A DNA stretch of 64,000 nucleotides from Octopus sinensis (taxonomy: Eukaryota): positions 2,356,001 to 2,420,000 of the forward strand of contig NC_043016.1 in the NCBI RefSeq assembly GCF_006345805.1, written 5' to 3'. The translations under genes were made by a program, and so were the position numbers. The notes under the pieces were generated by a model. It was not told the origin of the DNA. It saw only the letters and a list, made by a program, of their open reading frames with translations, and did not search any database. Numbering within the stretch: position 1 is the stretch's first letter; each line of letters opens with the position of its first letter. This document shows positions 53,086-64,000 of the stretch, in pieces.

Positions 53086-55150
53086 CTTCTTGTTTCAGCT
53101 CAGAGCTGCGGCCATACTGATGCACCGCCGTTTTGTGCTACACTGTTCTTACGAAGAACCTCGTCTAATATGTGGCACTTGGTGAAGAATGGAGTTTGTA
53201 ATAGCTACTCTCATTTGCACCTCTTGCTGTGAGGTAGGTTCATCAGGGACTCTCGAGAGGAAGAGGTCCAGCTTTGATTTAAAAACCACTACATCTACTT
53301 TGTGCAAGTTCCTCAGACTCTTTGGGAGATTATTAAAAAGCTGTGGGCCCTTGAAACCCAGGCTGTTGCAGAAGCTGGTCCTGAAGCGTGATAGCATTGC
53401 TGGGATCTTTGGCACCATGCAGTGTCGTCCCGTTCTGGCATTGGTGTAGCTTACAATGCCAAAATTTGGCACAGTTCCTTCCAGGATCTTCCAGACATAT
53501 ATTACTGCATACCTCTCCCGTCTTCTCTCCAGGGAGTAGAGTCTTAGCTGTTTCAAACTTTCCCAGTAGCTGAACTGTTACAAAGAGACGATCTTCTTTG
53601 TGAATCTTCTCTGGATTGCTTCAAGGTCCGCTGTTAATTTCACACTGGTGGGTGACCATGGCTGTGAGCAGTAATCCAGGCGGCTGAGGACGAATGTCCG
53701 CCAGAAGACCAGCATGATTTCCTTATCTCTGGTTCTGAATGTTCTTAGGATCCATCCAGCCAGTCGTCTGCACTTTATTGCCATCCTGGTAATGTGCACT
53801 TGGAAAGAGGTATCCTCACTCATGTCGAGGTATCCTCAATCACAGACTTAGGCTCTGGGATTGAAATTACCTGTGGACCGGTGTATCCTCTAAGTTTAAT
53901 ATTCAGTTTTGGGTGCTGGTAGCGCAGGACCTGGAATTTTTCAGCATTAAACTGCATGACTCCTATCTTTCAGGAAGTCATGTAACCACACTCCAACTTT
54001 TCCAGCTATGCCGGTGTCTCGCAGATTGTGGCATATCATACCATGATCCACTTTGTCAAAAGCTTTTGCAAAATCAAGGTATATTACGTCCACATTTGAT
54101 TTGTTGAGTAACTGCCTCAACACCCAGTCATAATGTTGTAAGTGCTGGGTCAGGGAGCTCCTACCTGGTCGAAAACCATGCTGGGTATCACTCAGCAAGT
54201 TATTTTCCTCAATGAATGCGATTAGTTTCTTTCTGACTATCCGTTCCATGACTTTGCTGATGTGTGAAGTCAGAGAGATAGGCCTAAAGTTTTTGGCATC
54301 TGCTCTACTTCCGCCTTTATGTATTGGGCATATTATTCCCTCCTCTAGCTAGCTTGGCAGTTTGTCATTTGTAAGAAAGCTCTGGAAGAGAATCTTGAGG
54401 GGTTTTGCCAGGACATGCTTACACGCTTTGAGGAGGAGTGCTGGGAAATCATCTGGATCAGCAGTTGAGTTTGTGTCCACTTCATCTATGGCTAGTAGGA
54501 CATCCACTTCGCTAATGTCAATACATTCTATTGTAACCGCCTCGCTGGTTATAGGTGAGGCGGCAAAGAAGTCCACTGGCTCGTTCACTTGTCTGTGTTC
54601 CAACGGGGTGCTAAAGACACTTTTGAACTGGTCATTCAACACCTCACTGATCTTAGTTGGACTGTCTGTGAGGTAGCCATCCTTTTGGAGAAGGGGTCCT
54701 ATCTTGTAGTGTACTGAGACTGTTTATTTCGCGTAATGAAAGAAGGACTTTTGGTTTGATTTAATGTTTTATATAACCCAGGCTTCTTTGTCTGCTTTCT
54801 ACCTCACATAGGATTGTTGCAGCCTTTTTTCGATCTCCATCAGTGTTGTTTTTAGGCGGGACGTTTCGCTACTTTTGGGATGTTGGTTGAGACGATTTGC
54901 AACCTTCGTCCGTCGTCTCATGAGGATCTTCCTGTCTCTTGGAATCTTGATCCTATTTGTTTTGGCCTTGTGCTCTGGGACATATTTCTGGCATACGGCT
55001 TGCACAGCAGACATGAAACATTCTAGTTTCATGTCAATGTCTGGTGTGGAGAGACATTTCGGCCAGTCCTCTCTGAGGATCTCTTTTTGGATCGATTTCC
55101 AATCTGCTTTGTGGAAGTTCAGATTGGAGAGATTTCGGGTGCTTCCTTTA
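53086..55150 (-). mobile_element. CR1-group LINE ORF2 3' portion, disrupted
   Basis: QHGFRPGRS, IYLDFAKAFDKVDH, SRLDYCS..WSP and YSLERRRER. The GVPQG/YADD segment is deleted near 53955; the 3' tail is intact. Confidence 0.92.
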
Positions 55151-55189
55151 GGCTGTTACTTCCTTTACTCTGGTTACTTTCGGCCTGTG

Positions 55190-55738
55190 AGAGCAGTCCA
55201 TGCCATCAAAGTGACACTGGGGTAAAATATACGAAGCCCAATATACCCATCATGACTACCCGTCTGATAAGGGTACATTAGGCACATGCATCACAACCAT
55301 ATGTGTGCGACATAGTGATCTCGTATCAAGATAAACTGCACATGACCTTGCAGGTGGGGCCCAGTTAGATTTTCTTCAGGTTGAGTAGCCCATCCCACTC
55401 AAACGGTCCCTGAATAAGGGTTGTTTAAGGATGTTGAAAAAACCACCCCCATGTCTCCAGAGGTGAATTATTCAAACCCCAAAGAATCCCTCTCAACACA
55501 TGGCTATGATACTCCCCCCCTACTTCTGCTCGTGATCAGAGATGCACATATCGTCAGTCCACTAAGGGACATGCTCAACTGGTTAAGGTCAAACAACTGA
55601 CAAGCAAATCTGTGGTATTGAGCAGAATATTTGCTGTAGCCCATCTTTTATACCAAGACAGAACAATGTACATGATAACACTTCCAATCAGTTAAGATCA
55701 GAAGCCATGAGAGCCACTGCCTGGTACTGCATCAGGGC

Positions 55739-55778
<40 letters not shown>

Positions 55779-56113
55779 GAGTGAGAGAGCAGTGCATGCC
55801 ATCAAAGTGACACTGGGGTAAAAATACGAAGCCCAGTATATTTCCCTCATGACTACCCGTCTGATAAGGGTACACCAGGCACATGCATCACAACCATATG
55901 TGCGCGGCATGATGATCTCATATCAAAATAAACAGCACATGACCTTGCAGGTGGGGCCCAGTTAGAATTTTCTTCAGGTTGAGTAGCCCATCCTTCAAAA
56001 GGTCCCTGAATAAGGGTTGTTTAAGGATGTTGAAAGAACCACCCATGTTTCCAGAGGTGAATTATTCAAACCCTAAAGAATCCCTCTCAACATGGCTATG
56101 ATGCTCCCCCACT
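55190..56113 (-). mobile_element. Two tandem copies of element D in (AAT)n
   Basis: Reverse complement of 9686-10240 (one near-full copy and one 5'-truncated copy). Confidence 0.8.
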
Positions 56114-56120
56114 TATTATA

Positions 56121-56171
<51 letters not shown>

Positions 56172-56190
56172 CATTATAATTATTATTATA

Positions 56191-56230
<40 letters not shown>

Positions 56231-56322
56231 TATTATTATTATCATATAATTATTATTATTATTTTTATTATTATTATTATTATTATTAATTATTATTATT
56301 ATTATATTATTATTATTATTAT

Positions 56323-56998
56323 ATGTTTGACTTTTGCTTTATATTTGTACAAGTTGGCTCCAAGTCTCACCCAGAGACCTCAAGAGACAGCAGGTTGGAA
56401 GTTCATGTTGTTGTTATGCCTAGTGTGCCATATATTTTTTTTTGAGGAGGGGGGTGGGTGTTGTACTAATGATGTGTAAAAAAAAAATTTTTTAAACCGA
56501 AAATTATGTTTGTTTTAAACCTTGAGATTACATAGAAAGTATTTTGCGTAGGATATGAGCAGTTCTCATGAGCACTATCTTTTGAATTTCTGCCATTTTT
56601 GGGTTTCCTGGTATCTGAGTTAGGTAGTTATCAGCCCCTTTTTTTGCATCATCCCAGAGCACCTATGACAACAGGTATGTTTTAGTCTTCAGGTTCCACA
56701 TTTTGCTGATTTCTATTTCAAGATCTTTATATTTGCTCAGTTTTGGTAGATCTTGACAGATACGTTTATATCGATTGGGACAGTCATATCATGAGGAGGC
56801 AGGTCCTTTGTTTGAAGTCTTCAATATGATGTCTGGCCTATTTGCATCTATCTTTCTGTCAGTTTGAATGTGTGAAGTTCCAGAGGAGTGAGATGTGGTC
56901 ATTTTCAAGCACTGGGGGTGGTTTGTGTTCCCACCAGTTTTTTTCATGGGGCAAATCCATGTTTTTGCAGATTACCCAGTGAATATATTGTGCAGCTC
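56323..56998 (-). mobile_element. R4/Dong-type non-LTR retrotransposon 3' end (RLE domain)
   Basis: Reverse complement reads AQYIHWVICK..WWEHKP..LLWNF..DANRPDI..SKYKDLEIEISKMW..VVIGALG. Both ends abut (AAT)n. Confidence 0.85.
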
Positions 56999-57050
<52 letters not shown>

Positions 57051-57249
57051 GTTATTATTGTTCTGTGCTCCTTACGCGCCTTAATGTGAACTAACCATAG
57101 TTTTATAAAATATTTTACTACTTCTCCGAAATTTTCGATTAGTTCATATTCATAAAAAATATATCTTAGATAATTCTTATCTGATGCAGTCTACCTACTG
57201 ATTCAACTTGACTTTTAGTATAGGATAAATGCTTATTTTGAAGAAGAGA

Positions 57250-57560
57250 ATCATGTTATCGAATACAATCTGGTAATTTCTCGATACGGTAGATATTCAC
57301 ATACATAATGCAGCAGGTTAAAAACTGTCGATTAAGGTAGATTATCCTAGAAATCAGTAAACAATAACTTTGTTTTTGAGTGTTTAAAGCTATAACCAAC
57401 ACGCAGGGGAAATTGAGGTAGGTTCTTTTTGAAACAATCTTTGAGAGGGTTATTGTGTGGGAAGCCGATAAGTAATTCCAACTTACAAAGTAATACCAAT
57501 TTATATTGCCATATGAGAATGACGCCATAATCGTATAAGGTATGTTTGCAAAGGCTTCGA
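57250..57560 (-). pseudogene. Highly decayed Pif1/Helitron helicase remnant
   Basis: Reverse-complement QFPLRVGYS followed by a IMYVNIYRI motif resembling QLYVxxSRV. Confidence 0.35.
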
Positions 57561-58000
57561 TTTAAAGAGTCTTAACAGAGGTCACTCAACCAGATCATAT
57601 CAAAGTAGTTTGGCATTTAATGATATCTGGTGGAAATTACAGATATACTTCGGTTTCGTATCGCCACAAAAGGAAGCATATTCTCGACAGCTGGTAAGGG
57701 TAGGTAGCATAAGAATGGACAACAATTTTGCAACATTGATTAAGAATACCATCTGACATATATGCTCCTACCGCCATTTGGTTTTCAATACAAGATTCCT
57801 ATCATTCTGTCTTGTCTATAATTGTTAAGAATTTTTCTATCAGCTGGAGTTATCGCTTTTGGTTATTTCTATTTTTTTTTTTTTTTTTTTGGAAGAGTAG
57901 GGATTTGAAAAACATTAGTGAGACTTTATGTCCACTACTTACTGAAATAATATTAGTCGATCGAAATTCTATTATATTATTTTTAAGACATACTTAAAAT

Positions 58001-58119
58001 ACATTATTTACGTTATTTACATTATTTACATTTGACGGATTTGCCCACAGGCATATGGGGTAATGGTTAAGAGCGCGGGCTACTAACCCCAAGATTCCGA
58101 GTTCGATTCCAGGCAGTGA

Positions 58120-58185
<66 letters not shown>

Positions 58186-58312
58186 TAATAATAATAATAA
58201 CAACAACAACAACAACAACATCGAAAAATACCTTGGGAAGAGAACCCAGGATGAAGGCAATGCAAATAATGTAAATAATGTACATAATTCCTCATCTCTT
58301 AAATGTAGAACT
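58001..58312 (+). mobile_element. tRNA-headed SINE with inverted copy of its 3' end
   Basis: A box TGGGGTAATGG, B box GAGTTCGATTCC (58099-58110) and internal (AAT)n. 58001-58035 is the reverse complement of about 58258-58283. Confidence 0.65.
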
Positions 58313-58594
58313 TAAAATATCCTAATGTCATCCATTCCTGTGTTAAAAAACTTATCTAAGTTACTGAACAGTTGACAAGCATTCATTAGATTGCTGAGGT
58401 AAAGAAGTCTTTTAACAGACCTAAACCATGAAATACATGTTTACACAGCGTTTGTATGTTAATTAATCTATCAAGAACAAACTAAAAAAAAACACTAGGC
58501 TTCACATTGAATTATTGGATATAGGAAATTTATTCGAAGAAATAAACTTCATTTATTATAAATCCCATCCAAATTTTTCTACGCAATTCTAAAG

Positions 58595-58805
58595 CTGCCA
58601 GCTGGTAGAATCGTTGGCATGCCGGACAAAATGCTTAGTGATATTTCTTCCAACTTTATATTGAGTTCAAATGCCGCCGAGGTTGACATTTCCCTTCATC
58701 CGTTTGGGGGTCGATAAAATAACTAACAGTTGAGTACTGAGATTGATGTTATCTACTTATCCCATTCACCAAAATTGCTGGCCTTGTGCTAAGATTTGAA
58801 ATCAA
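58595..58805 (+). mobile_element. tRNA-SINE family B
   Basis: AGCTGGTAGAATCGTTGGCATGCCGG..GAGTTCAAATGCCGCCGAGG..GGCCTTGTG. Confidence 0.75.
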
Positions 58806-59436
58806 TATCACACAGTTCTTTATGTGTCTCCCCACCTCCATACTCAGCTATCTTAATGCACCAATCCTTTTTTTTTTTCTTTAACTAATAATTAACATCC
58901 TTTCCTCCTACTGTTCCATATTTTATTTAACTTCTGTCGATAGGGTCTCCGCGCCTTTTGACCACTTCCTTTTCTCTCTCAGATACAATTATCAAAAACA
59001 AACTACCATGAAAAAGAATGAAGAAACTAACAAAAGAAAAAAAATAAAGTAAAACAAAAGAGAATAGAAAGAGAAAGAGGAAAGAGAGAAAGAGAGAGCA
59101 AATATATGAACGTGTGTCATGGCGGCAAGGGTGATGAAATTGAATGATATTTTGAATTAACAATAAAACGAGACAAACAAAACTCGTGTCATATCAACAT
59201 TCCGTGAAAGGCATTATCGCTAATCTTACAGATAGATTAAACATTTAAAACTAAGCGACTTAATTGAACAACCGATATCTGAGATGTATCAGATATCTGT
59301 TATTTACCTTGCTGAGGTCGTCAGCAAAAAAGATTTTTTTCCTTTTATTGTTGCTTTCCTGTTACTGTTATTGTTCCTTTCATTTTCCGTCTTTTTTTTC
59401 TTATCAAAATCGTTGCCAACCAGGAAAAACAGAAGC

Positions 59437-59482
<46 letters not shown>

Positions 59483-60030
59483 TAATAATAATAATAGTAG
59501 TAGTAAATGCTTATTAATGTTTATTGCCACGAACGTCTCATCAAAACAACAAGTTTATAGATTATTAATGAAAGCATTCAACACAAGATGAGATTGGGAT
59601 ATCGTTAGAGTAAATTGGAAACGAAAATCGAAAATAATGGTATGCGTTGAATCGTTTTAATAAATTAAGAATGAAAAACATATATAATAAAGACAAAATA
59701 CAGATAAAACATTAAAAAAAAAAGAAGTGTGATAATTAATTTTGTGGTCTCAAAATTATAATTCTACGAATTTATGTTTCGAATGTACAAATCGATAGCT
59801 TAATAACATCAGAACAGCAGTATCGGCCATGTGACTTATGGTTAGGTGTGTTTGAGAATATCAAATATCGAACATCCTAAATATCATGCATATATGCGTG
59901 TAGGTATAAATGCGTAAGCATGTACATATGAATTGTATGTATGTACGTGTACGTTTGTATACATAAGTACACATACACGCACACACACAGACATATAGAT
60001 AAATAGATAGATAGATAGATAAATAGACAA

Positions 60031-60062
<32 letters not shown>

Positions 60063-60071
60063 GTAGGTAGG

Positions 60072-60109
<38 letters not shown>

Positions 60110-60110
60110 T

Positions 60111-61642
60111 GTTTCTTTATTAGCCACACAGGGCTGCACACAGATAGAACAAATTACAAGGTAGAGCTTTTCTTTTGAAGGTTTAAAAAAAAAAAAGGAA
60201 GGGGGAGTTTCGATCAAAAGGGATCGTAAAAGGAGAGAAAGAGGACAAAAAAAAGGGGGGGTTAAAAAAAAGGGGGAGAGGAAAAAAAAAATTGATCAAT
60301 AGGGATCGTTATCACAGAAATGTCAATATGAAGTGTAAAGGGGAGGACAGGTGAGGTTTACCCGTGGAAAGAAAATCCTACGGAAAAGACCACGGTAACC
60401 TCGGTCAATGGAGTCACATGTTATATTTCTTTTTTTTTTTTTTTGCGAATAAGCAACTCTCGGTTTTCAATTTCTGGGTTCATAGGATCATGCTCAAGGT
60501 GGCTTCGTCATTCATACGTGCCATTCTTGCTACATTCACCCATCTTTTTTTAAAACATTCGCTAGACAAAACTTGCCTCTCTACTCTCACTTTCCTTTTC
60601 AAGTGGTACTTGAAGAAGTTGATGAGAGATTGACCAGAGAGGAAAGTGTTTGTCTCCAATCCTTTCAGACGCGTCCACCAGATACATTCTTTCGCCATAG
60701 CCACAAAGATGATGAAAATAGCTCTTCCTTCCCGTTTGAAGGAGGGAGGCGTGACAATATTGACGATAGGCTCAGCTGATAACTGACTCGTCCCACACGT
60801 GACAGCAGTTGTTCGACATAAGCCCACAGGTCGGAAATTGTTGGACACTGCACGAGTGCGTGCAGAACGGTTTCGTCGCTCTGACCGCATCTCGGGCAGG
60901 TCGGCCCCGTGTTTCTCGAGCCGTGTCTGTAGAGCTTATCCCGAACGGGTAGCGCTTCTCGGTAGCACTGCCAGGCCAGGGATCTCTGGAAGTTGTCCAT
61001 GGGCCCTGGCCCGAAAGTCGTCCTGAACAGGCGGGTCAGGTACTCCTTGTCGACGTCCATGTTCGCCCCGAGCTCGTCGTCGTACCTCCCCTCCACTAAA
61101 CCCCTATAGAATGCTTTGGTTGTGTTGAAGTCACTCAAGGTCGACCCAGGACGGCAGAGTTGCTTGAGAGCAACGCGACACTCGCGGTGCCATTCGCCCT
61201 TCTTCGGCCTCTTTTTGATCCACGACTGCAGTTCGGTCATGGAGACGAGCTGCGGGAAAGCAAGCCTCACAAACGGCGACCACACCTGTTCACCGTCGTC
61301 TACATAGAGCCAGAGATGTTGCAGTCTCAGCGCGTGTCTGCGCATCATCAACCACGGCATGCCCAGCCCTCCTTTTAACGGATGTTGACAGCAAATTGAT
61401 CGCCTGACCATCGGGGCGCATCCTTTCCACAAAAAGCGAAAGAGAATGCGTTGTAGTTTGGTGATGGTAGGGTCGGGACAAGGTACGACGGTCAGGCGGT
61501 AGTAGATGACGGACGCGATGTACGTGTTCGCCACCTCCGCCCGACCTTTTAGGGACAGTTGCCTCTCGGCCCATTGCCGGGCGAGAGTGACCACCCTACT
61601 CGTTATCTCGTTCAAGTTCTTCTCCACTTGGAGGTCCGGACC
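60111..61642 (-). mobile_element. L1/Tx1-clade LINE 3' fragment in (GATA)n
   Basis: WAERQLSLKGR, RFLWKG, GGLG and CPRCGQSDETVLHALVQC (L1-type C-terminal zinc finger); 3' end CAGCCCTGTGTGGCTAATAAAGAAAC. Confidence 0.9.
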
Positions 61643-61724
<82 letters not shown>

Positions 61725-61760
61725 AAGATACATAGATAAATAGATAGATAGATAGTTAGG

Positions 61761-61792
<32 letters not shown>

Positions 61793-61823
61793 CAGATAGA
61801 TAGACAGATAGATAGATAGATAA

Positions 61824-61972
<149 letters not shown>

Positions 61973-62049
61973 CAGATAGATAGACAGATAGATAGATATA
62001 TAGATACATATATATGGACATATAGATAGATAGATATATAGATAGATAA

Positions 62050-62830
62050 GTTTCTTTATTGGCCACACAGGGCTGCACACAGATGGAACAAGTTACAAGG
62101 TAGAGCTTTTCTTTTGGGGGATGAAGAGAACAAAAAACAAAAGAAAAAAAAATTGAATAAAATAAAAGGAATAAAAAGAAAAAAAGAAAAGGAAAAGGAA
62201 CAAAAGGAAAGAGAAAGGAAAAAAGAAGAAAAAAGGGGGAAGAGGAAAAAAAACGATCAATAGGGATCGTGTATCCCAGTGTTATGATATATGGTGTAAA
62301 GGGGAAAGCAAGTAGGTTTATCCGTGGAAGAAAAGCCTACGAAAAAGACCACGGTAACCTTGGTCAATATTGTTATATGTTACCACATATGTTTGCAAGT
62401 GGGTAACCCTCTGTTTTCAATTTCTGGGTTCATAGGATTATGCTCAAGGTGGCTTCGTCATTCATACGTGCCATCCTTGCTACATTCACCATCTTTTTTT
62501 AAAACATTCGCTAGACAAAACTTGCCTCTCTACTCTCACTTTCCTTTTCAAGTGGTACTTGAAGAAGTTGATGAGAGATTGACCAGAGAGGAAAGTGTTT
62601 GTCTCCAATCCTTTCAGACGCGTCCACCAGATACATTCTTTCGCCATAGCCACAAGGATGATGAAAATAGCTCTTCCTTCCCGTTTGAAGGAAGGAGGCG
62701 TGACAATATTGACGATAGACTCAGCTGATAAACCGACTCGTCCCACACGTGGCAGCAGTTGTTCGACATAAGCCCACAGGTCAGAAATTATTGGACACTG
62801 CACGAGTGCGTGCAGAACGGTGTCGTCGCT
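62050..62830 (-). mobile_element. Second L1/Tx1-clade 3' fragment in (GATA)n
   Basis: Coding part nearly identical to 60465-60880; same terminal motif. Confidence 0.88.
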
Positions 62831-62914
<84 letters not shown>

Positions 62915-62923
62915 GATAGATAA

Positions 62924-64000
62924 CTTTCTTTTATTAGCCACACAGGGCTGAATACAGAGGGGACAAATACAAATGCAGAGCTTTTCTTTTCGAGGGTGGA
63001 AAAAAAAGAAAATAAATGTAAGATTGCGATCAAAAGGGATCGAGAGGAGGAAAAAAAGAAAAGAAATCGTGTATCACAGAAACAATGATAAAAACATTGA
63101 TAAAACAAGATTTGGTTCATCCGTGGGAAGAAAAGCCTACAGAAAAGACCACGGGAACCTCAGTCAGGGAGGAAATAACCACATGAGATCAAAATGCTCT
63201 CTTTCTTTCTTTTTTACGATCTACAGGATCATGCTCAAAATGGTTTCGTCACTCGCACGCACCATCTTTGCAACATTCACCCATCTTTTTTTGAATCTTT
63301 CGCAGACAAAACTTCCCTCTCCATTCTCACCTTCCTTTTCAAGTGGTACTTGAAAAAGTTGATGAGCGATTGGCCAGAGAGGTAAGTGTTTGTCTCTAAT
63401 CCTTTCGCTCGGGTCTACCACACACAATCTTTCACCATGGCCACCAGTACGATGAAAACTGCCTTGTTTTCCCGGTTGAGGGAAGGGGGCGGAGCAATTC
63501 TCAAGACAGACTCGGCCGATAGGCGGATTCGTCCCACACGTGACAGCAGCCGTTCGGCATAAGCCCACAGGTCTGAAATGGTTGGACATTGCACGAGTGC
63601 GTGCAGAACGGTTTCGTCGCTCTGACCGCATCTCGGGCAAGTCGGTCCAGTGTGTCTGGAACCGTGTCTGTAGAGCTTATCCCGAACAGGTAATGCTTCT
63701 CGATAGCACTGCCAGGCCAGGGATCTTTGGTGATTGTTCATAGGTCCCGGCCCGAAAGTTGTCCTGAACAGGCGGGTCAGGTGTTCCTCGTCGACCCTGA
63801 CCGAGTTCGTCGTCGCACCTCCCCTCCACTAATCCTCTATAGAATGCCTTTGTTGTGATGGAGTCGCACAAGTTCGATACCGGACGGTAGAGTTGCTTGA
63901 GAGCAACGCGACACTCGCGGTGCCATTCGCCTAGCCTCGGTCTCTGCTTGATCCATGACTGTAGTTCGTCCAAGGAGACGAGCTGCAGGAAAGCGCGCCG
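62924..64000 (-). mobile_element. Third L1/Tx1-clade copy (diverged subfamily), runs off the window
   Basis: QRSLAWQCYREALPVRDKLYRHG..CPRCGQSDETVLH; same 3' terminal motif abutting (ATCT)n. Confidence 0.9.

Noticed and set aside
58050-58122. Functional tRNA gene
   Set aside because: Poor acceptor and T stems, no oligo-T terminator, and continues into a repeat body; better explained as a SINE head.

Overview
AT-rich, microsatellite-dense eukaryotic DNA. The SINE, LINE and PLE repertoire suggests an invertebrate, probably Octopus; this is inferred from repeat recognition and not verified. Nearly all of the window is transposon debris: Helitrons (Pif1-helicase-only derivatives with 3' hairpin+CTAG), several Penelope-like elements (PLEs; RT and GIY-YIG fragments, inverted pseudo-LTRs), Tc1/mariner and IS630-like fragments, a decayed Gypsy pol, a CR1-type LINE, an R4/Dong-type RLE LINE in (AAT)n, L1/Tx1-type LINE 3' ends in (GATA)n, an ORF1-only LINE derivative, and at least four tRNA-derived SINE families. 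Only one host coding exon is convincing: a signal-peptide exon at 21487-21982 (-). The strongest hidden signal is about a dozen minimal type-I hammerhead ribozyme motifs in PLE termini. Three unrelated families share a non-canonical CCGAnGA (U4C) core, and several have large helix-II insertions. Most ORFs in the supplied track are microsatellite artefacts.
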